From positions 748,803-812,802 of the forward strand of contig NW_018407509.1 of NCBI RefSeq assembly GCF_002113885.1: a stretch of DNA of 64,000 nt, read 5' to 3'. This DNA comes from Mizuhopecten yessoensis (Eukaryota). A program made the position numbers and the translations under genes. Of the stretch, positions 34,791 through 49,133 are shown in pieces. The notes beneath the pieces were generated by a model. The model did no database searches. It worked only from the letters and a program-made list of their open reading frames with translations, and was not told where the DNA came from. Within the stretch, counting starts at the first letter, position 1. Every line of letters starts with the position of its first letter.

Positions 34791-35872
34791 CTTAATGCCA
34801 TTCGGAAAATGTTTTATCAAGCTTTTAACCTTTTGGTCCGAGTGCTGCCATGTATGTATAATGAAATGCACGCAAGTATATCTGTAGAACAGACTCCTGT
34901 TGCAGATTAACAGCATAGAAAAACAAATACCAAAATTAAATGAAATGTCAATTTCAGACGGTTCACTATCAGAATCACTGTTAACACTTATTTCTCAACT
35001 TTCAGTTGTTTGATTTATTGTTAAATGAAATTCAAACAATCTTATCTTCATCTTGTTTTTCTGGCCTATTTATAGCTCCAACAGACATATACTTTTTTGG
35101 CAGTTAAGTTTTAGCATAAAAGCTATCCAAAACAAGCCCTTCTGGCTACATGCAGGAACTAAGCCAATCATATAAATTAAGTTTGTTGAACTTGAGCTGG
35201 GATGTTTCGCCTATCGATAGAGAGTGTATACACACACTGTGTCAAATAAATGTACTACCACATTCTTTAATATCCAGCATAAAGTATTTTTTGAGTCTCT
35301 AGATCATGTTCTTGGTATAAAATCTTCATGGCAATTGCATCTTTCTACATATAAGTATTTAAAATTTACCACACTCAAGCAGTCTTGTAAAAATTGCATT
35401 TATTGTACATTTATTTCACATTATATATTAAGATTTTATGATACACATGATTGATTTAAAGACAAATCTCCATCATAAGATTTCTCTATGTACAAAAGAG
35501 AACTTTATGCACATCAAACATGCAAATAAACTTGCTTCCGTGCTAGTGAAGACAAATCACTGGTTGATTTCACAAGATTAAAAATTCATAAAATGATAAC
35601 TTTTCAGAGAATGCCTTTCAGATCGTTGTCACCAGTTAGATGCTGAGATATATATATAAAGAACGTAGGCCCTGGGCTAGCCACGGCTGGTGTCTCGTAC
35701 TGTCACAACGGTTAATATCCAATGAATGTCAACCCGATACGTCCTATATGTATCAAATGCATTGTCCTAACATGAAGAATGTCAACTGAATGAGGCGACA
35801 TGTCTGGCCGACATATCAAAATGTATAAATAACATGGAAAATAAACATAATGTCTGTCAGATATAATGGGTG

Positions 35873-38800
35873 TCATAATCTCTTCAGCACTTTCTTTTTC
35901 TCTTTTTTCTTTTTGTCAATAAGTTTTTTGTCACCGGCATGCTTTTTCGCCATTGGTCCTTCTATGCTACCCTTCAATGATGATGTTAAACCTGATTCTG
36001 TTGAAGCTCTGTAAATAACAAAAGTGATATTAAAAATATGTCCAATGTTTAGCAGAAGATGTGCAAGTCTCAGTTGTTGGGTAATTATGCCTTGGACTAA
36101 CAATATGTCAAATTTGCAAACCACAACTTTTTAAAGGTCTTTTTACCTGAATAATTGAATTGCAAGACTTAAAACCATCATACATATTTGTTCATTCAAT
36201 AACACAACATTGTTATAATTTGTTACCGGAGCTATTCCAGAAATGAATCACATAGCTTTGTTTTTGTGAACAAAATCAAATGTCTTCCCTTATAAGCAAT
36301 AATTGATATACACTTTGCAATTATTTCACCTTTGACCTAGAGGTGAAGGTCATGATAACCTAAATAGAGTGCACGGCCCACCTGTGGCCACCACAAATCT
36401 ATTCACCTTTAAAGTTTTATTTTCATGTTATTAATAGCCCAGACAAAATTTCGTAAATATTTGCACTTATTGGAAATATGTAGAGGTCAAGGTCACTGAC
36501 CTACATTCATTGCCGTGCACACCTGTATGTACTTTAGATATCATTTCTCCTCCATCAAGATTTCTTCCAGTTTAAAAGTTACAGACAAAACAAGATTTTA
36601 CTAGAAGAGCCTATGCTAATATGAAGTCTCCCTTTTATTTGTAAGAGGTCAAGGTCACTGACCTACATCCAGTGCAGTGCACCTTCTGTACGAGAGTCAG
36701 ATTAATGAATTAATGAAGTCCAAACAAGATTTTACTAGAAGAGCCTAAGCTAATACAATGCCTGCCTTTTAAGGGTAAAATTACCAAATATCTCTTGTTT
36801 ATTCAAGATATCTTTCCAGATAATGAGATAAACTGAATCATGAAATAATATTTTAAGTGTTATAGGTTTTTTTTAAATATACGCAAGTGTTCTTTCAAAA
36901 CTTGTTTTCAGATGAGTATTTTTTGGGGGGTTAATTTGGAATGGTGACTTTTTGTCTGATTTTGGATACCCGGTACTTACTTTGGAGGTTTTGCATGTAT
37001 GTCTGTATATAATTTCGCTCTCATTGAATAATCTTCATACTGCTCCAATAAAAGTTTCCCCGCCTCCTCATTCAAAGCAGATTCTGGATTAGGGACTATC
37101 AAAAGGCATTTAACGGTCTGAAAATGAAACAAAAACTATATAACAAACAGATGTCTGGCGTGACATTCAATCACCGTTATAAATCAAAATGTTTCATAAA
37201 TTTGTAACTGCACAACCACTACACAGCTTTGATAAATCATTTCCAAAAAGAAAATCAAGCCTTGCGAGACTTGCATGAAGAAATACTAAAGATGTATTAA
37301 ATTTAAAAAAAATAAAAATCTACAGTTCTCATTGTAATAATTGTGAATAGATCGGGATTCGAACCCTTGACTTCAGATTGTTGAACTATTGCTTTAATTG
37401 GCTCTGAGCTGCCTGATCATCAGTAGTGTGTTGGCACCACTGTATTAGTTATATCCGAAGCGAAATCAAGGGCAGGTTACGTTACATAGGAAAATCCAGT
37501 GCAGTGGGACAGGGAATCTTTAATGGCAGAAACAAATTTATTAAAATTACCTATTATTACTCAGACCTGTATTTTAAAACTTACACATTGAATTTACTAT
37601 GTGGAAGTCTACTGTTTGGAAAAGTAACACACTGATGGTAGATATGACTTGTTTTGTAAAAAATGTCCTTATGGTACAAAATGGGCACCTAAACGCTGAA
37701 TACAGTTCCAACATGCACCTTAATATTACACCCAATTGCAATTTCTCAAGTCCCATTACTAAGAGATATAGTGTGTTTTTAAACTAGAAAATGTCTGTAA
37801 GACATGAATGCCCCTGAAACACAACAATATCTGAGGTAAACTTATACTTGACATTTGTATAAAGCTTGAAGAAAATCCATGAAAGAATGAAGTTGCTAAG
37901 CAGTATCTACATTGAAGCGGGACGGAACTTGGCAGACATGGGGAACACTATATCCCCCCCCCCCCCCCCCATTTTATGGCGGGAGCATAAAACGTTGGCA
38001 ATGCAAGCTACCACAGGGAAAGCATGAGTCAAGGGCTCAAATATTGGAGTCCCAAAAATGAATGATAACAGGCTTATCAGTCTCAACTGAGATATAACTT
38101 ACAGTACTATGGGCATAGGCTAACCATTAAGCAACTCAGTCAGGATGCATATAAGGGTCACTGGATGGTTATTTATGAAATAAGCTTTGCTCTGGTTAGA
38201 ACTGCATTACATAATGTAGATATTACTAATAATTTTGACTGAAAAACACTTATTATAACCCAAACTACTATGTCCACATTTTGGACAGTGGTGGAAATTT
38301 CTATCAGACCAATGGGATTGTTGGATCAGCTTAACTTAATTATGACGAGATAACATCATGTTAATGATTGTAAAGCTGTTGTACTGACAAAATACAATTG
38401 AAAGGCCACAAGTACAGGTTTCTATAGACAATTGCTCTGCTAAATGTTGTCTATTTTTTTGGCTATAGATCAGAATAAGAAACAATTTTTGTCTTGATTG
38501 CAACATATAGGTATCAACCTCTGAAACTTCCTATGAGGGAGAACTCCTTCATTCCGAATTTCAATGAGGGAGAAAGTGTGTGAAACAAGACTGAAACTAA
38601 TTTGCTCAATTATCTTTCCCATTTTTTCTGTCAAAATAACTCCAAAAAGCATTCCTTTGATTCAGAAACACCTGTTATGATCATTACACACACTCTGCAG
38701 TAACAAGGAGACCATTTTACCACAAGATGTAGATTTTGATTGAGGGACTCAGGGAGTTTGGTGGGAGAGTTGACAGCTATTTTGTAACGGTTATTCAAAC

Positions 38801-41258
38801 TCATAAGACACTTTTGTTTTATTTATAGAAACCTTGGCAATCTTGCTTTGTCTCTATAAAACTATTGAATGACCTTATCTGTACCATCACACCACTGTTA
38901 AGATTCTAATAATCTAAACAGCGCTGATGATTCTCATTATTTTTAACAGAGGACATCTCAATCAACTTACAAGGAGTATATGTTTGATTCCCAGCTCTGG
39001 TTTCCAATCTTTTTTAAGCGTATTTACACAAATCTCTCCATTGCTGGCAACATTTGGATGAAATATCCGCGTAACAAAGAAACCTTTTGGTGGTTCTGAA
39101 GGAAAGTTTTTTCCAAGCACAAGCTTCATTCTAAAAAGTCCACCGGCATATGGAGTTCCAGCTGTAACAGAGAATGAACATATCTATAGTTACCAAAATT
39201 CTTCAGAGAATTTATTTGCTATAAAAAATGAAATGCAGGCAAGATATTCCCTGCAAACAAAGCCATGTCAGTGTACCTTCATATGTAAGATATTATTAGT
39301 GTTGGGAATCTTAGGTCCAGGGATCATGAGACAATCTTAGACTTCAGCTTTTGCTTAGCAAATAACGTACGACGTCACTTTTCATGTTATTTGAAATTGG
39401 TTGAGTCAAAACTTATGACTATTTTAGACTTAAGTTCCATGATCTCGGGGCCTGGTCATTGCATGATTGAACAATGATCAGTTATAATTGGCTAGACTAT
39501 TTCAATTGATTTTGTGGATTAAAATAATCGGTTAGCAAATAAACCGAGCTATGTCATTTTTGTGTTAATTTTCTCTCTCTCAAGATTTGACAAGGTTTTA
39601 GTTACAAATTGATTGATGGGTATGTGTTCTTTTTCTAAACACAAATATCCTGACAGCTGTCTTACAACAATAGGCAAAGACACTGGTTTGCTTTTTCCAA
39701 ATGAACATCTACCAGTTGGTAGATATTCTTTTAATGAAGGATGTGAGATTTATAACTGATAAATTTGATTCTGTTGTAAACTATAAATTTTAAAGCATCA
39801 TCAACAATGAATATTGTGAATAGATATATATATAGACAGTGATTATGGTATTATTGTTTTGATCATCACTGGAATCAGTGACAGAACAGTGTAGTAACAG
39901 ATGACAGTATGATCAATGTTGTTCAATATAAACACCACTGATAGTAACAATATAATTATTGTTTTCACATCTGTGATATAAAACAACTATATAAATATTA
40001 TATCTAATGCATATGAACCATTCCTCATTGCTGTAATAGTTCTAGCTAGATATTTACTTGATCTATGTATACAACACAGGGGATTTCATCTTTTGTAATT
40101 TGGAAATAGACAGCAGTAATATATAAACATACAGGAAGGCTTATTCATTATTTTTTTTGAACCGCCCATCAACATCTATAGTAATTTCAGACCAAACCAA
40201 TCTGCCAAAGAGGGTAACTATGACTGAGAGTACAACATAAAATCAGATAATGAACTTACATTATGAACATACAGGTATGTGTCAGATGAATACTAAATCA
40301 CATAGATAACTGATAAGTCACACATATTCCATCATTTGCATTTTCATTTGAGGATAAGGAAGTTTTCATTAGTTCAATTATAAATATACCTGGTCCTTCA
40401 ATCTGTGCCCGGATGTCTGTAATGTCTTCATCACTTGTAAATACTTTTATGCCTTCGGGTGGATCGCTACATAGTTCTCCAAGCTCTCGGGCTACCTGAC
40501 GGATGACTTGAGGTGATAAATTCTCCACGTTTGAACACTGTGTTAAAAGAGTATGCATGTAGGCCTATGTTAATTGTACATGTACATATATAACATGGAC
40601 AAATTAAATTCCTACTCAAGTAATGAATTAAATTACTGTAGGAACTTATAAAATCATATTAATTTTTTGATGTATGTCGATGCACATAATATACTAGCAC
40701 CCCTCCCCCATTTTTGAGCTGTCAAAATATGTTGAAAGTGAAAGCCAAGGATTCTAATATTTTATATTGTTTAAAAGTAAATACGATTCAATGCACAATG
40801 TGTCTGGTTTACACTACTTAGAATGTTTTAATTGACCAGTGGCCGTTTTGTACTGTTTCTTGATACACTGCAGACTAAATGATCGGATTGCCTTATATAC
40901 ATCTTCGTCTTTCGTTATTACCATACAGTACCATGATGACGAGGCAACATGATGGAACGTGATCATCAAATGTGTATCTCCCCATTTCGTTGTTATTGGT
41001 AGAAATTCGAGTCATATTTGATTACAACCGGCCTGCGTGTTGAGTAAACGTATGATATTCGCAATTTAAAACGCAAAAGCGTTCAGGAAATTATATATAA
41101 CACTACAGGAATCGACATGACAGATTGTTTTTGTCGTGTATTGAAAATTATTCGAAACCATCATTGTTTTATGATCGATATGAATGAAAATATGAAAACA
41201 GAAATATTAAACTTCAATAGCTCTCATATTAAAATCCATCCATACTTACACTTGACAT
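35873..41258 (-). CDS. UBE2S: Ubiquitin-conjugating enzyme E2 S (APC/C K11-chain E2), 5 exons, 206 aa
   Basis: Exons 41258-41250, 40537-40390, 39161-38971, 37117-36981, 36008-35873; 621 nt in frame. [33 protein letters not shown] (catalytic Cys), [17 protein letters not shown] and the diagnostic C-tail [12 protein letters not shown]...KKKVLKRL. Confidence 0.96.
37782..37992 (+). mobile_element. Short HINE-like element
   Basis: AACTAGAAAATGTC...ATGCCCC start and 3' CCCCC...GGCGGGAGCATAAAA hairpin-like end. Confidence 0.55.
39313..39453. mobile_element. Short MITE in UBE2S intron 2
   Basis: AGGTCCAGGGATCATG...CATGATCTCGGGGCCT imperfect TIRs. Confidence 0.55.
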
Positions 41259-41666
41259 ATCTTTGCTTGGTTTGGCTCAAAATAGTTATAAATATCACAG
41301 TTAAATTTGTGCGTGAGCCAAAGCTCGGTTAGAAATGTTTTGAGTGACCCCAATAATTTCGAATTTACAAATATTGGGATCTCGTCGCGCGAGACTTAGA
41401 GGGATTATCTACTGATGTATTTTAACTTTAGTAATCAATGTTATATCAAATAAAAGTGATCTTTAGTTCAAATTAAACAAAAATTACATAAATAAACAGA
41501 AAAAACAAAATATCGTAATTCCGAGAACGAATTCGAGTTAATGCTTGAAAACAAAAACGTCCGAGAATGTCCGTTCGGTTACGATTTATGTTCGGACAGT
41601 CTCAAGAATTTACCTTATTATAATGTAAATTATTATAAACAAAATCTGCATTGATTTGCTAGCAGA
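41259..41666. promoter_or_regulatory. Bidirectional promoter of UBE2S and ARL6IP1
   Basis: Lies between divergent ATGs; CCAAT 41350-41354, palindromic TTCGAA 41358-41363, ATTGG 41373-41377, CG-rich TCTCGTCGCGCGAGA at about 41380-41394; locally CpG-rich. Confidence 0.7.
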
Positions 41667-44600
41667 ATGGCGGAAATTAACAACCATTCCACTCAAGAAG
41701 AGCAGGTTAATGCAGCCATTTGCCTACACATTTAGTTATAATTGCGTTTTTGTATTCATTTTCTCGTTTGGTGTAATCAAATGCACGATCAATCTCATTG
41801 CAATGTTAACTAACATCGCAGATATGTTTTGGTACCAACTTTCCAAGGCTCGAACCATTTATAACCTATCCTGTCAAAATGTAACTCAAGAATTTCGTGT
41901 ATACAGTAGGGGCTGCTTTTCAGGCAGACATCTAAACACTGGCAATTATGCAAATGTTACGTCATATTTCAAAATAATCAGATCAAATTCTGTACAAGTT
42001 GAAAAGTTATACAGAGAAAGAAGGCTTTGCAATTCTACAATGGATGGTTCTGGAAAGTAGATAAAGATATTATTTGTGATATGTACTTTCACTTTATTGT
42101 TGTATAAATGTAATTGTATCTATTTACATGGATCTTGCTAGATATAGTCTATTTTAGACGTTCCCTCTCAAAACCACCTTGATTTTCTTCATTAAAGATT
42201 ATTTTTGGTTTCGCTGTTTCCTGATCAATGTTCTTTTAAAATTATTACATCTAATGTTTGATGTAGTAAGTGATCCTTGGAGTTCACCTTTTTCATCTTT
42301 TCAAAAAGTCATTAAATATGTTATCAAAAAAAAATGCTACAGTTAACTGAGTTCCCATCTGATCAAGACACTATCCCAGTGAATATTTTAAAGCTCATGA
42401 ACATTAACCGTTAAGTTCAACTAGTGTGAAATGGGCCAGAATTCTATGGAGACCTTAACTCATTCACCTCTGAAGACATATTTGAACTCTTCCAATTCAA
42501 AGGTTGAAATAGTTCATTATGAAATTTCAGGGGTGAATGAGTTAAGGTGCTTCAACAACAGGGATTCTGGGAATGGGAGTTTTGGTCTATAGGGTAGCTA
42601 ATTATAGATACATATTTAATCCAACCATACATAGTTTGATAAAATTGTTTTGGTCTATTGGGTAGCTAATTAGATAATTATATACATATATAATCCAACC
42701 ATAGTTTGATAAAATTGTTCATGTGTAATCATGAGTCTTTCAAATTCAGATCACTTTATGAATAAATGAAAAATGACAATATTAAACACTGATCACAATC
42801 AGTTATGTATTTTCATTTCACATATTCTCAAAATAAGTCTTACTCTTTGAAATAAAATATAATAATAATACCTTTCACTGGTCTGCTTAAGCTATAATGT
42901 ACTATGAGTTTCTGTTTATTTTAATGCTGTACCCGAATGGGAGATAACTCATATAATATAGGCTCCCATTTTTTTGGCTAAGCCGCCAAAGCTGCATTAT
43001 ATGTGTAGCACATATAGACCTTTGCCAAATTATGAGAGCTTCAAAATGTATTCACCATTAACGATTTTGAAAGCACACTGGAAATAACTGACATTGATCA
43101 AGTCCCATACATGTATATATATATACCTGGTAATTGCTGTTAAAATTATACTTTAATGTTTTCCTTTAACTTTTGCAGCACCACAATGAACTGAATGAGG
43201 TGAAGAGAAGTCTGGAAGGTTGGAGAGAAGTCCTTCTTCCACTAAATGGTCTCTTGAATTGGGAAAAAACCTATCATCCAGCCATAATTATTGGATTAAA
43301 CACATTTATATTCATGTAAGCATCCTTTAACTTTTTATACGCCCATCAAATTTGACGGAAGTATTATGGTATGGGGTTGTTCGTCTGTCCGTAAACTTTG
43401 GTTGTCCGGCAAGTTCCTTCTACATTTTTCGACCGATCTCTTTGAAACTTGGTACACATTATAATCATGATATGAAGTTGTGTCTCCCTTAAAAAAACAA
43501 AAAAAAACCAATTTTTCCAAAAGTTATTCCCCTTTGTTCATTTCAGTATTTGATTTTTTGTCTGGAGATCTCCTCCTACATTTTTTGACGGATTTCTTTG
43601 AGACTTAGTACTTAGGCTAGATAATCATTATATGTTGTTGTGATTCCTTGAAAAGAGTTTTGATTCAACAATTTTTGCAAAAGTTATTGTCCTTTGTTTA
43701 TTTCAGTATTTGATTTTTTGTCCGAATCATTATAAGTTGTTGTGTTTCCTTGAAAAGAATTTTGATTCAACAATTTTTGCAAAAGTTATTGTCCTTTGTT
43801 TATTTCAGTATTTGATTTTTTGTCCGGCAATCTCCTCCTACATTTTTTATAGCATGTCAGCTAACCACTCTTAGAATGATGCAGATCTTATTTCATTGTA
43901 AGAAAGTATATAACACTATATGGCATTCAACGGGCGTATATTGTTCCGCTCCGCGGTACTTTTGTTTTGCTGTTCTAGAATTAGAATTTTCTAGACATAC
44001 ATTTTAGCAGTAGTTATGTTTTAGCATTTTTTCGCTTTTGAAATATTGTGCTACATTATGATTGCACTTAGTGCAGTGTCTGTGAATTGTTTTCTATTTT
44101 GCATTTATTGAGAATGCACCAAATTTATCAATGTTAATGTTAAATTAATTTTTTGGAAAGAATTCCAGTGACATTGGAAATACAACCATCATATTTCATA
44201 TTGTTTAAATTGTGAATTTCAGATATGGTCAAAAATCTTTAGATCCATCAAAAAATATTTTGTGTTGCCAGTAACCTTACCTACCCTTATTTTCTGTGCA
44301 TACTCTAAACTTCTTAAGTCAATATTTCCAAAGAAGTACTGTCAAGAGTACTCTCCTATATAAACCATTAAAACTATTTTTATTTCATAATCACTACCGA
44401 TCCTGAATTTTTCAAACATTTAACAGGAAATACATTTTTAGCTCACCTGCCCGAAGGGCAAGTGAGCTTATGTTATGGTGCGGCATCCGTCGTCCGTCCA
44501 TCCGTCCGTCCGGCGTCCGTCTGTCCGGCGTCAACTTTTTGCTTTAAACAACTTCTTCTCAATAACCAAAAGGCCTAGGAAGATGATATTTGGCCAGTAG

Positions 44601-47600
44601 CATGCTGGGATCAAGGGCTACCAAGTTTGTTCAAATAAATGACCTTGACCCACTTTCAAGGTCACAGGGGTCAAATATGTTAAAATCTTCAAACAACTTC
44701 TTCTCAATAACCAAAAGGCCCAGGGTACTGATATTGGGCCTGTAGCATGCTGGGATGAAGGGCTACCAAGTTTGTTCAAATNNNNNNNNNNNNNNNNNNN
44801 NNNNNNNNNNNNNNNNNNNNNNNNNNNNNNNNNNNNNNNNNNNNNNNNNNNNNNNNNNNNNNNNNNNNNNNNNNNNNNNNNNNNNNNNNNNNNNNNNNNN
44901 NNNNNNNNNNNNNNNNNNNNNNNNNNNNNNNNNNNNNNNNNNNNNNNNNNNNNNNNNATTGGGCCTGTAGCATGCTGGGATGAAGGACTACCATGTTAGT
45001 TCAAATGAATGACCTTGATCCACTTTCAACCTAATGTCCTTGTTCAACAATCAAGGTCAGAGGCATCATATGTTTAAATCTTTTAATAGGTTCTTATGAA
45101 ATCTTAAGATTACAAGTGTTAGATAAATAACAGGTGAGCGATGCAGGCCCATTGGGCCTCTTGGTTTTTTTTGGCCTTAAATGAACCACAATATCTTTTT
45201 CACAGGTTGATATGGTACTTTGAGCCCTCAGTCCTTACCACTTTTGCCCTGCTGGGTTTGGCTGTGAGTCTCATCGACTTCCTTGTGCCTATGATTGGTC
45301 CAAACTTTTTCGCATCGAAATGGTAAGTACTGTAGTCATTGAGAGGCATTTTGACTCCATTAGGTTTGAGCTCACTCACTAAGGAATATTTACAATAGCT
45401 CATTGATATACCTTTGAAATGGTGCAGAATGTTTTTCCTTCAATTTTCTTCTCTGTTTGAAATTTCAACACATAGTTTCAATAACTTGGAAAAGAATATG
45501 AAAAAATAACAAATAAATATCATTGAGAAGAGTCTGCAGTCAGGTTACCCTAGGAGTCAAAACTCAGATCACAAATCTATCTTGACCACCTGCGATACTC
45601 AAAAGGGTTATGCTCACCTTTGCTCTCTGCATCCCTGGAATATGTCACAGCAAAATTGAAGCTTTTCGATTGGTCTCAGTTAAAAAAAACTTGACCAATT
45701 GCTAGGCTGATACCTGTCCCTGGATGGTTACAGAGGAGCGACACCCGACTTGAAAGCCAGTCAATTTTTATCATTAAGATACTGCGAGATACTTTTGATG
45801 TACATCAAAGGATCAAACTAGTCTTTTTGTCTCATCCACAAGGTGGCGCACACTAAGCATTCAGTTTTGTCATGACATATTCTGTGGGTGCAGAGAGTGT
45901 AAGTGAGCGTAACTAACCACTGGACAATTGAGGATGCATCTTGACTAAAATGTATCATATTTGTTATATAACTTTCTGCTGACAATGATGTTATATTACA
46001 CCAGGACCGGTCGCCAGGAACATCAGTACGAGGAGATCTGTAAGCGAATCATGCATTTTAAGTATCATTCAAGTAATCTGATGGATTCTATGGTTTCCCT
46101 GAAGACAGAAAGGCCCAAAACAGTAAGTATTCACATTTTTTTCTCGGGCAGTATGTTTGGTAATAGGAATTATAAGCATCCTCGTGCCACTGCCAAAGAC
46201 TGAAAACAAGCGTTGAAAACATTTCTTCCTGGTACGATAGTAGCTTTGAGAAATCATTTCTGAAAAGAAAACCATTCCTTTATACCTTGTGGAATTAAAA
46301 AAAAAAGGTTTAAATTAACAAAAAGTAATCAACAAAGGATGGTCTTAGTGTAAAAATACAATAGACCCAGGACTCGTACCCTGGACCTTCGTTCATTATA
46401 CTGTCGTTCTTATCAACTGAGCTACTTGGTCAACGACAAAACCCTGGCACAAAAAAACATATTTTTTCTTATTTTTCCAAAAATAAAATTCCTATCTAAC
46501 ACTGTGCCATAATCATAATTTTGAAGGATTAAATTCTTTTAACAGTGTTTTTCTTTTTTCTTTTCTTTTCTAAATTGAAGTTTTGAATGTGTTTATTTTG
46601 TTCCAGTATTTCCTCATTGTGATGGGAGCACTGGTGTCTATGGCTTGGATGGGCAGTAGAATGGACAATCTCTTACTTACCTATTTCCTACGTAAGTACC
46701 AATCTCAACACTTGTTGGTTAACTCATTCACCCCTGAAGACACATTTGAACTCTTCCAATTCAAAGGTTGGAATAGTTCATTATGAAATTTCAGGGGTTA
46801 ATGAGTTAAGGTACATATTTAATTTATTGAAGGTTCAATTGGATGGCAATAGTAATGATGATTGAATTTCATAGAAATATATAGTCATCATATTTCTTTG
46901 ACAAGCTGGAGCTATAAATACTAAATTATTTTCAGTATTTACCAATATATACAAAGCTTATTTGCAAAAGAATTGAATATTTAAAAAGATCCTTTGTATA
47001 ATGGGTAAACATGTTACCCGTCCCCCTGAGTGCCTGCAGTATTAGAGTACAATTGGGCAAAATGTTTCAATGATTTTTGGCAGCTGACTTTACAGATACG
47101 GCACACTGTGGCTTAGTGCGTTAACGTTGTTGTCCGCGGTTTAGAGTCGAAACACCGGTCATTTGGACTCTTACTTTGACAAAGGAAACAGACGTTTTCG
47201 ATCAATCAGTGAAATGTAATTATTTTGTGAAAAATATTCCTCTAAAATTGATTTCAATAAATATTTTTTTCAGTTTTCTCTTAGGTTTAGTTCGATGAAA
47301 TTAATAATCTAATTGAAAAGCTCTATTGACAACTTAAGTTTTTAACCAATCAAAATACTGTACATGACAATGTGCAGAACAAGGGGCCTGTTTGTTTATG
47401 TGAAACAACCAGTTTGTCTGTTTTTAAATGTAACATTTCAGGTATAAAACCTAGCGGACCAGCAAATGTGTATGCAGGCCTTGCAAGGTTTTGTCAAGGG
47501 CCGTCTGAAAGCAGATTAATTGGGTTTAACCTTATTTCATTAACGAGCATATCTGGTTCAACCAGTCAAACCGATTGGGAATAACAAAAACGGCCAAGCA

Positions 47601-48543
47601 AGTTTAAATGATTGTGCCAACTTTCTTATTCTGTATGTGTATTAAGTAGTCCAAGGGAGACAATTTCAGTTTTTCTGAATGTCAGAACTAGATAATGAGT
47701 GAAGAGCCTAAACATTTCAAATTATTATATATTTTGAAATCATAAGGAATGCAAAAAAAATAAGTCCATTGGTTATGGGTATATATTTACATAATTAATA
47801 TGCTCTAGATTTTTGGTACAATTTCAAATTTGAATAAGTTTGGGTGGGTGGGGGTAGGGTTACAGGGAGGTGCTTATTATTGATAATATATGGGTCGTGG
47901 GATCTAAAATAATCGATAAAAATATGTACTGTAGTGGGACTACGCAAAAATCCCTTTCTGAGGTCACAAAACGTGCCTGGTTTGGTTCTCCTATATATTT
48001 ATTTAAAATAATCCTCAGCTGAGGAAAATGGAGTATTTAGATTGTGTCTCTTGACAAAACTATGTGTACATGTACATGTAATTATATATATTAAGTAGAG
48101 AAAAGAATTACTTGACATTTTTTCCAGAAAAACAAATTTCATTATTTTTTTAAAATTGTTTTACATAAATAGTTTCTGAGCATTAAACAAGAGTACGCGT
48201 ACGCACAATATATGAATATTTACGGTACAAATTCTAAGATGAAAATGGAACAGGAATTTATACTGAAGGGTTTATTTTCCCTTCTCTTTCATAATGTAAG
48301 ATTGTTGTTTTGATCAATACAAATACTGCATAAACAGGTAAGGAAAAACTTGTTTCCATAAAAATGTGTTTTCATGTCTTTAATGTAAAATAATCCTGAC
48401 CACAAATTTGTATTTCAGTCACCATTCTGATGTTGGTGCCAGGTATCCGACGCCACGGCGTCCTGCAGAAGTACTTCTCGCGCGTGTTTGGTGTTGTCAC
48501 ATCACTTGTGAGAGGAAAAGCCAAGAAGTTCAAGTCGAGTTAG
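41667..48543 (+). CDS. ARL6IP1: ADP-ribosylation factor-like protein 6-interacting protein 1 (ER-shaping, reticulon-like), 6 exons, 206 aa
   Basis: Exons 41667-41705, 43179-43315, 45206-45322, 46005-46122, 46607-46691, 48419-48543; 621 nt in frame. LEGWREV...LNWEK..HPAI, PSVLT, QYEEIC, NLLLTYFL..LMLVPGI..HG; C-terminal KFKSS (KxKxx ER-retrieval type). Confidence 0.93.
42580..42719. repeat. Tandem duplication, 2 x ~70 bp
   Basis: TTTTGGTCTAT.GGGTAGCTAATTA...ATCCAACCAT...AGTTTGATAAAATTG twice. Confidence 0.8.
43333..43966 (-). mobile_element. HINE-like element of a fourth family
   Basis: TTTTATACGCCC...GACGG start, internal repeats, end AACGGGCGTATATTG...CTTTTGTT (subterminal inverted repeat ATACGCCC/GGGCGTAT). 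Confidence 0.7.
44438..45165 (-). mobile_element. HINE-like element in ARL6IP1 intron 2
   Basis: Hairpin AGCTCACCTGCCCGAAGGGCAAGTGAGCT, (GTCC)n, central repeats (gapped) and end CAGGTGAGCGATGCAGGCCCATTGGGCCTCTTG. Confidence 0.85.
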
Positions 48544-48882
48544 ACTGCTGGGTGGTCGTCGTCACCGCCCCCTTTCGTCCAATCTAACCCACTCAGTACA
48601 TTGCCAGCTTAACAGTAGGACGGTCGTCTTTGAGTAATCTTCGAGGATCAGTGACCCCTGTTTACACTGCGTCTTTATATATGTAAAGGAGATTTGCTTT
48701 TCTTTTTTCTTTTTTCTTTATTTAAGTTTACATTTTGTTTGAAACTGTGAAAGCTAGAAAAGTGCTTTTGGGTCAAGAGGGGATCAAGAGGAGTAAACAT
48801 TGTTTTTATAGGAAAAAAGAAAAAAAATGAAAACCTTGATGGGTTTGATAATATCAATCTGAATCCAAACCTAATTTCAGTT

Positions 48883-49133
48883 AGGGCTGTTCCAAAATTA
48901 ATGGTATGGGAGGGGTGGGGTGGGGTGGGGTGGGAGGCAAAGCTGACTTGTATAAGGAATGTTTAAAAATTAAAACTGACTTGTATAAAAATTTGAATTA
49001 AAATATTTTTTTGTTCCCTGTGAAGGTAGAGTAAATGGGTGTTATTATTATCGTGATTTAATCTTGCCGTCAATATTGTATTAATTACAGGTGCCTCCTA
49101 CCTCTCCCATGCAATCAGTTATGGAATAGCCCT
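48883..49133. mobile_element. PIF/Harbinger-like MITE in the ARL6IP1 3' region
   Basis: AGGGCTGTTCCA...TGGAATAGCCCT terminal inverted repeats. Confidence 0.6.

Noticed and set aside
41656-42060. 134-aa ORF overlapping the ARL6IP1 start
   Set aside because: Non-ATG start in a different frame running into intron 1; the real exon is 41667-41705.
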